This document shows positions 1-10,141 of a stretch of 35,782 nt of DNA, piece after piece. A program made the translations under genes and the position numbers. Within the stretch, counting starts at the first letter, position 1. Each line of letters starts with the position of its first letter. The stretch lies in the sequence record SRR22947727_1908. One strand, 5' to 3'. The notes below the pieces were generated by a model. The model saw only the letters and a program-made list of their open reading frames with translations. It was not told the DNA's origin and did not search any database.

Positions 1-105
1 CTGGTGCAAACCGTTGCTGCGCAAAAAGGCTCGCATTTGCCAAGCCTTGACGAAACCGTCACGCTTGTCGATAGCTGGCTTGAAAAAAACCGCGCTGCCA
101 GCTAG
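1..105 (+). CDS. 3' end of a CDS truncated by the window edge, product unknown
   Basis: Frame 1 is open from base 1 (LVQTVAAQKGSHLPSLDETVTLVDSWLEKNRAAS) to TAG at 103-105 and is followed by a terminator-like hairpin. Confidence 0.65.
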   Translation: MVQTVAAQKGSHLPSLDETVTLVDSWLEKNRAAS

Positions 106-145
106 GGGTGAAACTTTAACAATTTTGCCATTTTAAGGTAAATCA

Positions 146-198
146 GGGCCATGGGTGAAAGCTGGAAGCGGCAATTACCCATGGCCTTTTCTGCTTTT
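146..198 (+). terminator. Rho-independent terminator between convergent genes
   Basis: GGCCATGGGT (147-156) pairs with ACCCATGGCC (177-186), with an inner GCTG/CGGC stem, followed by TTTTCTGCTTTT. Confidence 0.7.
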
Positions 199-205
199 GA
201 CGAAT

Positions 206-1027
206 CTATAGATCAAGCGGCATATGTCGATTTACATCCTTATAGAGCAAATAACGGAACGGATCGGGACCCCCGGCATAACAGGCTTGTGGGCAAAAAG
301 CGCGAAGCCACATATAGTCACCCGCTTCGACCTCAACCCAATCTTGATTCAAATGATAAACCGCCTTGCCACTTAGAACGAAAAGCCCATGTTCCATCAC
401 ATGTGTTTCGGCAAAAGGGATCGTGCCGCCCGGTTGAAAGGTCACGATATTCACATGCATGTCATGGCGTAAATCGGTCGGATCAACAAATCTTGTGGTG
501 GCCCATTGCCCATCAGTATCGGGCATAGCGATCGGGTCAACAGCGCCATCGCTTGTGACAAAAGCATCAGGCCGGTCAATGCCGTTAACCACCTTATATC
601 GTTTGCGAATCCAGTGAAAGCTGGCTGTTTGGCTGCCATCATTGATGATCGTCCAATCACATCCTGCTGGCAGATAGGTATAGCCTCCAATCGTCAAAGG
701 GTGCGCTGTACCGTCAATGGTTATTGTCATTGAACCGCTTGTCACAAAAAGCACTGATTGCGCGTCGGCATTATCATCTGGCCGGTCGCTGCCGCCACCC
801 GATTCAATTTCCATCAGATAATGGGAAAAGGTTTCAGAAAAGCCGGTCATGGGACGCGCTAAAACCCATAATCTGGTCTTGCTCCAAAACGGCAGATAGC
901 TTGTCACGATATCCGATAAAACACCTTTTGGGATTACTGCATATCCGGTGGTAAAGACCGCGCGATCTGACAATAATTGAGATTGCGGCGGCAGGCCGCC
1001 TGATGGTGTCCAATAAGGGGAGCTCAA
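206..1027 (-). CDS. allE: (S)-ureidoglycine aminohydrolase (AllE/YlbA/UGHY bicupin)
   Basis: Contains GGLPPQ..L..RA.FT..YAVIPKG, RHDMHVNIVTFQPGG.IPFAETHVMEHGL and FRYLLYKDVNRH. TTG start with AGGAG 8 nt upstream. Confidence 0.9.
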   Translation of the reverse strand: MSSPYWTPSGGLPPQSQLLSDRAVFTTGYAVIPKGVLSDIVTSYLPFWSKTRLWVLARPMTGFSETFSHYLMEIESGGGSDRPDDNADAQSVLFVTSGSMTITIDGTAHPLTIGGYTYLPAGCDWTIINDGSQTASFHWIRKRYKVVNGIDRPDAFVTSDGAVDPIAMPDTDGQWATTRFVDPTDLRHDMHVNIVTFQPGGTIPFAETHVMEHGLFVLSGKAVYHLNQDWVEVEAGDYMWLRAFCPQACYAGGPDPFRYLLYKDVNRHMPLDL

Positions 1028-1185
1028 ATCATCATCTCCTGTGTCATGCTATTTTGACTTTTTGCGGCAATCCGATTGCCAATTACCAATGTCAATTAGG
1101 GCAGTTTTCATAAACTTGTCAAATCTTAGCCAAAGGTAAAGGGGCTTGTCTAAAGCTGTTGGTTGTTACAAATGCCGATTTTGAC

Positions 1186-2043
1186 CTATTTCAAAAATTG
1201 ATCAGCATCGTCATCATAGCCGTCTTCACGCGTTAATTGCCGCAAAATGCCGGAATTGATCACTGGCGGTGCATCATCAGGATTTGCCTGTCCAAGCACT
1301 TGCTGGATGGCGCTATAGGTTGCGGCAAGTGATGCCAGATAGGGTTGATGCCCCCGAAGACATATGCGCGCCCCCATTTTTGCCAGATCATCGGCTTGAG
1401 GCGCAAGTGAGCCAATGCCACCAAGCATAATAGGAAGATCGGTTGCGGCGCAAAGCGCGGTCAAATCCTCAAGGGAACGGGCACCGATCAGCGTAATACC
1501 ATCGACGCCAGTTTTTTCATAGGCCTTGATTCGGGCGATGCAATCGTCACGGCCGGTAACGGTGGCCGCACTGGTCCGCGCCAGAATAACCAAATCAGCA
1601 TCAACACGCCCTGCCACAGCCGCCCGCATTTTACCAACCGCCTCATCAATATTCAAAAGCTGTGTTGCCTCCGATCCAAAAGGTTGGGGCAGATCAGTAT
1701 CTTCAATGGTGATTGCGGCAAGGCCAGAATGCTCAAGTTCGCGGATTGTGCGCTGTACATTCATGGCATTGCCATAGCCATGATCAGCATCGGCAATAAC
1801 CGCCAGATCACCCGCCCGGCAAATCCGCAAGGCCATATCAGCAAATTCTGACGCGGTGATTAGCATTTTATCGGGTGCGCCAAGGATCGACATTGCCGCC
1901 ACCGATCCGGCAAGCATGCCAACCTGGCCGCCAAGGTCTTCGACCATGCGTGCCGATAAAGGGTCAAAAACCGTTGCTGGTGTGATGCATTCATTGCCTG
2001 CCAAAATCTGCCGAAACCGTTGACGCCGTGCTGTCCAATTCAT
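1186..2043 (-). CDS. Oxaloacetate decarboxylase-like protein (PA4872 type, isocitrate lyase/PEP mutase superfamily)
   Basis: Contains VFDPLSAR, G.LAGSVA...LGAPD..LIT..E and DADHGYGNAMNV.RT. EDTDLP replaces the KRCGH loop. Start moved to ATG 2043 (MNWTARR). Confidence 0.8.
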   Translation of the reverse strand: MNWTARRQRFRQILAGNECITPATVFDPLSARMVEDLGGQVGMLAGSVAAMSILGAPDKMLITASEFADMALRICRAGDLAVIADADHGYGNAMNVQRTIRELEHSGLAAITIEDTDLPQPFGSEATQLLNIDEAVGKMRAAVAGRVDADLVILARTSAATVTGRDDCIARIKAYEKTGVDGITLIGARSLEDLTALCAATDLPIMLGGIGSLAPQADDLAKMGARICLRGHQPYLASLAATYSAIQQVLGQANPDDAPPVINSGILRQLTREDGYDDDADQFLK

Positions 2044-2108
2044 GTTGCCTAGTCCTTTGGTAAAATCTAATTTGGGGTTGTTTGGCCAGTGCAAAACAGG
2101 GTGTTTGC

Positions 2109-2975
2109 CTAGGCAATTTTATCTTGTGTCTTATTATCAAAATCGCTGGCGTCATGGCGTTCATGAAGCTGGAATTCCGGTGCCCCAGACACACGGTTAA
2201 CCATGCGGCCACGTTTCACCGCCGGACGCGAATCGATCGCTTTGGCCCAGCGAATGACATGACTATAGGTTTGCACATCCAGAAATTCAGCCGCATTATA
2301 AAGACGGCCAAGAACCAACTGCCCATACCAAGCCCAAATCGCAATATCGGCAATGCTGTATTCGTCACCACTGACATAGCTATGTTCGGCAAGTTGGCGA
2401 TCAAGAACATCAAGCTGGCGTTTGGTTTCCATTGTAAAACGGTCAATCGGATAGGGCAGTTTTTCTGGCGCATAGGCATAGAAATGGCCAAAGCCGCCAC
2501 CAAGATAAGGCGCGCTTCCCATCTGCCAGAAAAGCCATGATAAACATTCGGTTCGGCCGACAGGGTCCTTTGGGATCAATGTTGCGAATTTATCTGCCAG
2601 ATAGAGTAAAATATTGCCTGATTCGAACACGCGCAATGGCGGCGATATTGAATGATCCATCAAGGCCGGAATTTTTGAATTTGGGTTAATCTCGACAAAA
2701 CCGTTGCCGAATTGGTCGCCATTGCGAAACTGGATCAGCCATGCGTCATATTCGGCGCCAGTGATGTTTTGCGCCAATAATTCTTCAAGCATCACGGTTA
2801 TTTTTACGCCATTCGGTGTGGCTAGCGAATAAAGCTGAAGCGGGTGTTTGCCAACAGCAAGCGGCTTGTCATGCGTTGCGCCTGCAATTGGCCGGTTGAT
2901 ATTGGCAAATGTGCCACCATTCTCGGCTTGCCATGTCCAGACCGCCGGTGGGGTATAAGGATTATTGTTGGTCAT
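2109..2975 (-). CDS. yghU: Glutathione-dependent disulfide-bond oxidoreductase (GST Nu class, YghU)
   Basis: Contains YTPP.VW.W, FANINRP.AG, QLYSLATPNGVK, NPNSKIPAL, FESG and WLFWQMGSAPYLGGGFGHFYAYAP. Start moved to ATG 2975 with RBS AAGGAG. Confidence 0.9.
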   Translation of the reverse strand: MTNNNPYTPPAVWTWQAENGGTFANINRPIAGATHDKPLAVGKHPLQLYSLATPNGVKITVMLEELLAQNITGAEYDAWLIQFRNGDQFGNGFVEINPNSKIPALMDHSISPPLRVFESGNILLYLADKFATLIPKDPVGRTECLSWLFWQMGSAPYLGGGFGHFYAYAPEKLPYPIDRFTMETKRQLDVLDRQLAEHSYVSGDEYSIADIAIWAWYGQLVLGRLYNAAEFLDVQTYSHVIRWAKAIDSRPAVKRGRMVNRVSGAPEFQLHERHDASDFDNKTQDKIA

Positions 2976-4197
2976 TTTTATCTCCTTTGATCTTAAATTC
3001 GTCTGGGGGGCATAGGTCGGCCAGTCGATCGAGATGGCGTAGTTTTGGAAAAATATACCAGCCGCCAATCGCCACGCCCAATGCTGCCAGTCCGCCAATA
3101 AACACAGTTGCAACAGGGCCAAGAAGTGCGGCGGCGCTGCCAGCCCGAACATCACCCATTTCATTTGATGAAGAAATGAAAATGGCGTTCACCGCGCTAA
3201 CTCTGCCGCGAAGATGATCGGGTGTGGCCAATTGAATAAGGGTCATGCGGATATTGACACTTACCATATCGGCTGCGCCATAGACAAACAAGGCCACAAG
3301 GCTGACCCAAAAAATGGTCGAAACTGCAAAAACCAGAATTGACGCTGCAAACACCAACAGAGCGGCGAAAAGACAAAGCCCCGACCGCCGCATCGTCGGC
3401 AAGGCAGCAAGCCCAAGCCCAACAACAACCCCGCCAAGCGCCGGCATGCCGCGCAACACACCAAGTGATTCTGGCCCGACATTCAAGATATCAGCGGCAT
3501 AAACCGGCAGCAAGGTCACAACCGACCCCATAAGAACAATGAACAGATCAAGCGCGATCGCCCCAAGAACAATTGAATTTGACCGAACATAGGCAACGCC
3601 GCCAAGAACCATATCAAGGCTTCGGCCAACAGGCTTTAGCCGGGTTAATTTTGGCAAAAACAGATAGGCAATTGTGCTGATCACCATCAAGCCAGCGGCA
3701 ACAAGATAGGTGTAAACGTCAATCACCGTAATCAGAACACCCGCCAGCAATGGCCCCGCCGTGGCAAAAATTTTGCCAATGGTGGAATTCAGTGCAATCG
3801 CACGCGACAGCATGGCAGGCGGAACGATATTGGGAATGATGGCTTGTTGGGCTGGTGTGTAAAACGCCTTGACCCCGCCATGCGCAAATAGTAGCGCAAA
3901 AATGACCGTCAAATTCAAATCACTGGCAAGCATGGCCATAGTGATACCAATCAAAATCACCGCTTCGGTAATGGTGCAGATGATTAACAGGGCTTTTCGC
4001 GGCAAACTGTCAGTTGCCCAGCCAGTAACAAAGAAAAACAGAAAAATCGGCATGATCTGCATCAGCCCGACAAGCGCCAGATCAAACGGGTCGCCGCTAT
4101 TTTGATACAGATGCCAGCCAATCGCAATTGACAGCATTGTCGTGACAAGGCTGACAGCGGCACGCGCGGTTAGGAATGCAAAAAAATCAACAGGCAT
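2962..4197 (-). CDS. MFS transporter (EntS/MFS_3-like)
   Basis: About 12 hydrophobic segments, G..TD..PRK motif-A variant and TLIQLATPDHLRGRVSAVN. The start may be 4197 or as far up as 4263. Overlaps the yghU start by 14 nt. Confidence 0.85.
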   Translation of the reverse strand: MPVDFFAFLTARAAVSLVTTMLSIAIGWHLYQNSGDPFDLALVGLMQIMPIFLFFFVTGWATDSLPRKALLIICTITEAVILIGITMAMLASDLNLTVIFALLFAHGGVKAFYTPAQQAIIPNIVPPAMLSRAIALNSTIGKIFATAGPLLAGVLITVIDVYTYLVAAGLMVISTIAYLFLPKLTRLKPVGRSLDMVLGGVAYVRSNSIVLGAIALDLFIVLMGSVVTLLPVYAADILNVGPESLGVLRGMPALGGVVVGLGLAALPTMRRSGLCLFAALLVFAASILVFAVSTIFWVSLVALFVYGAADMVSVNIRMTLIQLATPDHLRGRVSAVNAIFISSSNEMGDVRAGSAAALLGPVATVFIGGLAALGVAIGGWYIFPKLRHLDRLADLCPPDEFKIKGDKNDQQ

Positions 4198-4381
4198 GAT
4201 GATCGATAAATAGTTGATGGGCGAAAGATATTTGATGTCAGTAAATAGTTGATAAGCAGGCAATCATTGGTGGCGCTGGAAATAGGCTGATGTTATTTGT
4301 TATGATGCGAGCTTAACCAAACTCTAATTTACGCCAGCTCTCGCCACTTGTCGCCTGAAATATCACCTTGTGATTTATCCT

Positions 4382-4425
4382 TGCCAGTACCAATATCAAT
4401 ATCAATATCAATATCAATACTGGCA
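4382..4425. repeat. (CAATAT)x4 plus CAATAC tandem repeat enclosed by an 8-bp inverted repeat
   Basis: TGCCAGTA 4382-4389, hexamers 4391-4420 and TACTGGCA 4418-4425; 3 nt past the stop codon of the CoA-transferase gene. Confidence 0.85.
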
Positions 4426-4428
4426 CCC

Positions 4429-5694
4429 TTAGGGCTGGCTAATCACATTTAGTGCAATCAATTGATCAATTTCATTATCTTGAAATCCGGCCTTGGCCAA
4501 TTCGGCGCGGCTGTGCTGGCCAAGTGTTGGCGCTGGCATGCGCAGTCGGTCAAGATTGTTTTCCATAATCGGAAGTGGCTGATGCATTGGCACCTTGCCC
4601 ATTGCCGCATCAGTTGCCGGATTGGTTGCCGCTACATAAATGCCGCGTTCGATAAAATGCGGGTCATTGGCATTATCGGCAATATTATTGACTGGCGCGG
4701 CGGTAATGCCCTCAGCGTCAAAAATGGCTAAAACCTCTTTTCGGCTTCGCGCGGCGATCCAGCCGCCGACCACTATGTCTATCTCGGCCTGATGTTTCAC
4801 CCGCGCCGCATTGGTGGCAAATTTTGGATCATTAATCATCGCTGCTGCCCCAACAGTGGCAAAAAGGCGTTTGGCTGTTGATTGGATTGATGCCGAAATG
4901 GCGATGAAATGATCATCTGATGTTTGGTAGATATTGCGTGGGCTTGCCGTGTTTGATCCATTGCCAACGCGCTGTTTGACCTCTCCAGTAACGGCATAAT
5001 CAAAAGCATCAGGGCCGATCGCCGAAACCATGGAATCAAGAAGCGCAAGATCAATAACTTGGCCGTGGCCGGTTTGTTCGCGGCCACGTAATGCCATCAT
5101 GATGCCGTTTGATCCGTAAAGGCCGGAAATCATATCTGCCAGCGCTACCGGCGGCAGCAATGGACCGCCACCCACCTCGCCAGTACGGCTGGCAAATCCT
5201 GACATCGCCTCGACAAGAGTGCCAAAACCGGGTCGGTGGCTATAGGGCCCAGATTGACCAAATCCGGAAACCCGCAAAATGATCAAACCCGGATTGCGCT
5301 GATGCAAAATCGCCGGTGCCAGCCCCATTGATTCTAAAATTCCCGGGCGAAAGCTTTCGATCATAATATCCGCCTGATCAATTAAACGGGTTAGAATATC
5401 GATTGATTTTTCATGCCGGAAATCAAGAGCGATGCTTGTTTTATTGCGGCAATAGACCGACCAGAATGTTTGTATGCCATCCTGTTGCCATGCGCGAAGC
5501 GGGTCGCCGGCTGGCAAAGGCTCTATCTTGGTGACGTCAGCACCCGAATCAGCCAGCTGGAGCGAGGCCATATTGCCGGCAACAAGACGTGAAAGATCAA
5601 CAACCCTTATGCCAGAAAGAGGCCCAGAATTTGACGCGGCATAACCGACATTTTTCCATGGTTGGCGTGACGCGTCCGGTACCTCTTTTTTCAT
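4429..5694 (-). CDS. CaiB/BaiF family III CoA-transferase
   Basis: Contains GPLSGIRVVDLSRLVAG, GAD V.KIEP, RNK.SI.LD, ESFRPG, SGFGQSGPY and the catalytic Asp in LADMISG. Start moved to ATG 5694, just after the permease stop. Confidence 0.9.
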   Translation of the reverse strand: MKKEVPDASRQPWKNVGYAASNSGPLSGIRVVDLSRLVAGNMASLQLADSGADVTKIEPLPAGDPLRAWQQDGIQTFWSVYCRNKTSIALDFRHEKSIDILTRLIDQADIMIESFRPGILESMGLAPAILHQRNPGLIILRVSGFGQSGPYSHRPGFGTLVEAMSGFASRTGEVGGGPLLPPVALADMISGLYGSNGIMMALRGREQTGHGQVIDLALLDSMVSAIGPDAFDYAVTGEVKQRVGNGSNTASPRNIYQTSDDHFIAISASIQSTAKRLFATVGAAAMINDPKFATNAARVKHQAEIDIVVGGWIAARSRKEVLAIFDAEGITAAPVNNIADNANDPHFIERGIYVAATNPATDAAMGKVPMHQPLPIMENNLDRLRMPAPTLGQHSRAELAKAGFQDNEIDQLIALNVISQP

Positions 5695-5695
5695 T

Positions 5696-7540
5696 TCACA
5701 ATCCGTAATACCAAGGAATAAAGGCGGAATATACAAGCCAGATGAGAATGACCAAGGGCGATCCCACTTTGAGAAAATCCTTGAAATGATAACTTCCCGG
5801 TCCCATCACCAGCAAGCTTGTCTGATAGGCAAAGGGGGTTGCAAAGGCGCAATTGGCGGCAAACACAATGGTGATGGCAAAGATTCGTGGGTCAATGCCA
5901 ATCTCGGCACCGATATGAAGGCCAATTGGGGCGAAAAGAACGGCGCAGGTCTTGGTGCTGATGATATTCGACATCAAGGCAACCATCAGGAAGAATGTGC
6001 TTAAAACCACCCTTGGGCTGGCGGTTCCGGTGACGGACAGAATGAGATTGGCAAGATAGGTGGCAGCGCCAGTGGCCTCCATCGCCACCCCAAGTGCAAG
6101 TGCTGCCGCGATCGTTGTGATGACTTTAAAATCTAGGGCGCGGGTTGCCTGTTGCAAGCTGATGACATTGGTAGCCACCATCGCCAAGGCGCCAAAAAAA
6201 GACGAAATCACGATTGGCACCAAACCAAATGCCGCTGATAGAACCACCGAAAGAAAAATGAAAATAGAAACATTGGCCGATTTCAGATTTGGCAGTTCCT
6301 CAACCGAAAATTCGACCAGAACAACATCGAGATCTTCGCGTAAACCGCGAAGCGTTTCGGTATCACATTTGACCAAAAGCAGATCGCCTGCCGCCAACTT
6401 GGCCTGTCCCATGCGGCTGCGGATCATGTGCGCGTGATGTTGGATTCCCAGAACCTGACAATTATGCCGATATTCAAAACCGGTTCGGCTAATGGTGTTA
6501 TCGACCAAAGATGATGATGGTGTGATCATCATCTCAACAACAATCTTTTCAGATTTCTTATGGCTGCTCGGATTTGTCCGATAGCCTTCAGCTGGGGTTA
6601 ATCCATAGCCAGAATCCATCAATTTGGTCAGATCCTCGCGGGTTGCCGAAAGCGCAATGACATCATCTTCGCGTAATTTCAAACCGGTAAAGGGCGGCAA
6701 GATTGTTTTGCCAAGCCGGTTGATCATCCGCACATTTATATCAGGCAATTCGTGAAACATGCGCACGCCAAGCGACTGGCCAATCAGCCTTGATCCGGCA
6801 TTAATCGAAATCTCTGCCATGAAATGCTGATCAAGACGTTCGCGCATGCGATGGCTAAGGCTATTTCGGTGCGGCAGAAATTTCGGCGCAATAATCGTCA
6901 CATAGGCAAGGCCGGTACCGGCAAGAAGCAATCCGGGAAGGGTGAATTCAAAAAAGGTAAACCCATGAAAACCGGCTTCAATCAGCGCGTTTGATACCAA
7001 TAGATTTGTGCCTGAGCCTACAAGGGTGGTCATGCCGCCAACAACAGCAACAAAGCTAAGCGGCATAAGTAATTTAGAGGCGGGAATATGAAATCTTTGC
7101 GCGATGCCCTGCATGATGGGGATGAAAATAATGACCACAGGGATATTGTTCAAAAAGGCACTAATCAACAGCACAGTGACAAGTGATATTAAAGTGGCAA
7201 TCCATAATTTGCCCATGCTCAACGCCAGCATATGGCGAGAGAAAATTTCCAAAATTCCCGTTTTCACAACGCCCTGACCGACAACCAGAAGTGCCAAAAC
7301 GGTCAGCATCGCTGGATTGGCAAATCCTGATAATATTTTGCTAGATGGCAAAATATTGCTGCCGTTCTGGTCAATGATTGGGAAAAAGTGAAAGAAAAAT
7401 AACAAAATCAGAACAACGCCGAGGGCGGTGATTTCCATTGGTATTTTCTCATTTGCATAGCAAAAAAGCGCGCTGACAATAAGGCTGAACAAAAACATCA
7501 TCTCGAAGGTCATGCCGGCATTTTCAATAATTGTTGTCAT
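5696..7540 (-). CDS. SLC13/DASS-family permease with two TrkA-C domains
   Basis: Contains SGFANPA..TV.AL, SAFLNNIPVV, SKLLMPLSF...GGM.TLVGSGTNLLV, a central soluble region and FATPFAYQT..LVMGPG.Y.F.DFLKVG. Confidence 0.9.
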   Translation of the reverse strand: MTTIIENAGMTFEMMFLFSLIVSALFCYANEKIPMEITALGVVLILLFFFHFFPIIDQNGSNILPSSKILSGFANPAMLTVLALLVVGQGVVKTGILEIFSRHMLALSMGKLWIATLISLVTVLLISAFLNNIPVVIIFIPIMQGIAQRFHIPASKLLMPLSFVAVVGGMTTLVGSGTNLLVSNALIEAGFHGFTFFEFTLPGLLLAGTGLAYVTIIAPKFLPHRNSLSHRMRERLDQHFMAEISINAGSRLIGQSLGVRMFHELPDINVRMINRLGKTILPPFTGLKLREDDVIALSATREDLTKLMDSGYGLTPAEGYRTNPSSHKKSEKIVVEMMITPSSSLVDNTISRTGFEYRHNCQVLGIQHHAHMIRSRMGQAKLAAGDLLLVKCDTETLRGLREDLDVVLVEFSVEELPNLKSANVSIFIFLSVVLSAAFGLVPIVISSFFGALAMVATNVISLQQATRALDFKVITTIAAALALGVAMEATGAATYLANLILSVTGTASPRVVLSTFFLMVALMSNIISTKTCAVLFAPIGLHIGAEIGIDPRIFAITIVFAANCAFATPFAYQTSLLVMGPGSYHFKDFLKVGSPLVILIWLVYSAFIPWYYGL

Positions 7541-7948
7541 ATTGATTGGGTTTTTCTTTCAAATGATGAGCGCAAATGGGCTTGGGGGATGAAATGCCTA
7601 TCGTCGACCGGTATGAAACTGGACTGCAATATTTTAGGGCTTGATACGCTTATCGATCATCTTAGCGAAGCGAGTCTCAAAATACAGTATTTTCTGGATT
7701 GAATCGGGAAAAAGCTTTCTTCAAAACAGTTTGCTGGTTGGTAGATTATTGTGTTTATGGGCTTGCCTAACCATGATTTAGGCAAGCAATCACAATCAGA
7801 CAAGAAATAGCCGAAAGTTTTTCTTTTCAAGACGGCTGTTTTGCTTTTTCATATAGTCCAAATCAGCTTTGCCATATCCCTATATTCAATCGATCATCCC
7901 CACCAAAATTTGTAAATTTATTCGCCAAAATGAAAGAAAGACCCTGAC

Positions 7949-10141
7949 ATGCCCTATAATGATTATCGTCAAGATTTGATGGGTGAGGCCACATTAACGC
8001 CATTGGGCCAGTTTGAAATCGGCACATATCAAAGCTTTAAATTGATTTATACCGCTGGCAAATTTGGCATTGATGATCAAGGTGGGCTTCGGATTGGATT
8101 TCGGGGGCATTTTGATGGCTCGGCAATCCAGTTTAGCGACCCCACAGCGGCTGGATATACAACGGTTGAGGCCTCTAATGGTGCCGTTCTTGAAGTGTCA
8201 TGGGAGGCGCGCCGCAATATTCGCCCTTGGAATAAAAGCCTTTATATCCGCTGTTTGCGCTTCTTGCGCGAGGGCGACCAGATAGTGATTAATTTTGGTA
8301 ATCAATCCAAAGGGTCGCCAGGCTGGTTATTGCAAACATTTTGCGAGTCAGCCTTTACCTTTCAGATCACGGTTGATCCTTTCGCGACCCAAGATTTCAT
8401 TGCGCTGCCGAGCGCGGCCAACCCAACCATTGCGATGGTGCCGGGTGATCCGGCGCATTGGAAGGCGGTTTTGCCAACATTGCGGCGGCCGGGTGAGACA
8501 TTTCGATTGTCAATCAAAGGTGATGACCGCTGGGGCAATCCATCAAACCGTTTTGCCGGAAAGATTAAACTGAAAACCAATTTGCCGGTCACGGGCCTTG
8601 CTGAAATTATTGATCTAAAGGCGGGTGATTTTGGCGCTGTCATTGAAGGGCTTTCGGTGGAAAGTCCGGGGGTGTTACATCTCACCGTTCTTGATGAACA
8701 TGATCAGCTGATCGCAACGGCAAACCCGCTAGTGATCCGCCAAGTCGATGCGGCGCATTTCTGGAGCGATATGCATGCACAAAGTGGCGAGACAATCGGC
8801 GTTGGAACGGCGCGCGAATATTTTGACTTTGCGCGTAACAAGGCGTTTCTCGATATTGCTGGCCATCAGGGAAATGATTTTCAGATTACCGACGCATTTT
8901 GGCAGCATTTGAACGAGCTGACAGCCGAATATAATGAAGATAATCGCTTTTTGACATTGCCAGGTTATGAATGGTCGGGAAATACCGGCCTTGGCGGTGA
9001 TCATAATGTGTGGTTTCGAGATGAAGGCCGCCCGATTTATCGGTCAAGCCGCGCCTTGATCAGCGACCGCACTTTCCCCGAAAATGATGTTTTATCGACA
9101 CCCGATCTAATCGAAAAATTGCAAAACGAAGATGCGATTGTCGTGGCGCATGTTGGCGGGCGTTATGCCGATATCAAATATGCACATGATGCAAAACTAG
9201 AACCATCGGTCGAGGTGCATTCATCATGGGGTACTTTTGAATGGATTTTGCGCGATGCGTTCGAGTGCGGCTATCGGGTTGGCATTGTCGGATCAAGCGA
9301 CGGACATAAGGGACGACCCGGTGCCGAATATCCGGGGGATAGTCAATTTGGCTCTTATGGCGGCCTGACCTGCCATCTTTTACCGCAATTGGACCGCGAC
9401 ACGTTTTTTGACGCTTTCCGTAACCGGCGGCATTATGCGACGACTGGGGCGCGGATCTATATGAATGTGACCGCACGCTTGGGCGATCAAACCCTGCAAA
9501 TTGGTGATATCGTCAGCACTGAGCTTGACCATCTAGATCTTGCCTTTGACATTATCGGCACGGCACCGATTGAACGTGTAGATATTTTCAATGGGCTGGA
9601 TCTGGTGCGAACCACCCGCCCGTGGCATGATCAAACCGCGCTAAGCCGGTTACGCGTTACTTGTGCTGGCCAGCATTATCGTGGGCGTGGCCGCTTGGTG
9701 AAATGGGATGTTTCGGCCAATCTTACCGGCGGCAAAATTAATCGTATTAACGCAATCAATTTCTGGAATCCAAATCGCCAGCCAACGCAGATTTCGGCAA
9801 CTGAGGCGGCGTGGAAAACAGTGACAACTGGCGGTGCATCATCAGTTGATTTCTGGCTGGATGATGCCGCGCTGGCAAGCCAGATCAATGTTCAGACAAA
9901 TTTTGAATCCATTTCAGCATCAGTGGCCGATATTGATGAAACTGGCATCACCGTTGATTGTGGGGGCATGGATATCCGGCTTCATATTGAACGGCTTCCC
10001 GCCATATTGGAGTCTGCATCGCTGTCAGGTGAGCAATCTTTTGCGCTTGCCGCCGGAACCGAACAGCGGCTTTATGTTCGCGTGACACAAGAAGATGGTC
10101 ATCAGGCATGGAGCAGCCCAATCTATGTTGCAAAACCATAG
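7949..10141 (+). CDS. DUF3604-like protein with a PHP-type metallohydrolase core
   Basis: 730 aa with WSDMHAQS, HQGNDF, PGYEWSG, GGDHNV, AHVGG, EVHS.WG, SSDGHKGRPG, YATTG and C-terminal YVRV.QEDG..AWSSPI. Confidence 0.75.
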   Translation: MPYNDYRQDLMGEATLTPLGQFEIGTYQSFKLIYTAGKFGIDDQGGLRIGFRGHFDGSAIQFSDPTAAGYTTVEASNGAVLEVSWEARRNIRPWNKSLYIRCLRFLREGDQIVINFGNQSKGSPGWLLQTFCESAFTFQITVDPFATQDFIALPSAANPTIAMVPGDPAHWKAVLPTLRRPGETFRLSIKGDDRWGNPSNRFAGKIKLKTNLPVTGLAEIIDLKAGDFGAVIEGLSVESPGVLHLTVLDEHDQLIATANPLVIRQVDAAHFWSDMHAQSGETIGVGTAREYFDFARNKAFLDIAGHQGNDFQITDAFWQHLNELTAEYNEDNRFLTLPGYEWSGNTGLGGDHNVWFRDEGRPIYRSSRALISDRTFPENDVLSTPDLIEKLQNEDAIVVAHVGGRYADIKYAHDAKLEPSVEVHSSWGTFEWILRDAFECGYRVGIVGSSDGHKGRPGAEYPGDSQFGSYGGLTCHLLPQLDRDTFFDAFRNRRHYATTGARIYMNVTARLGDQTLQIGDIVSTELDHLDLAFDIIGTAPIERVDIFNGLDLVRTTRPWHDQTALSRLRVTCAGQHYRGRGRLVKWDVSANLTGGKINRINAINFWNPNRQPTQISATEAAWKTVTTGGASSVDFWLDDAALASQINVQTNFESISASVADIDETGITVDCGGMDIRLHIERLPAILESASLSGEQSFALAAGTEQRLYVRVTQEDGHQAWSSPIYVAKP

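Noticed and set aside
2976-3164. N-terminal extensions in the ORF track (yghU here; also starts at 2094, 5736, 12876, 22496, 29899 and 33588)
   Set aside because: They overlap neighbouring genes or structures, and downstream starts have better RBS or family-typical N-termini.
4391-4420. Repeat considered as a CRISPR array or iteron
   Set aside because: Units are 6 nt with no spacers, and there are no cas or rep genes.
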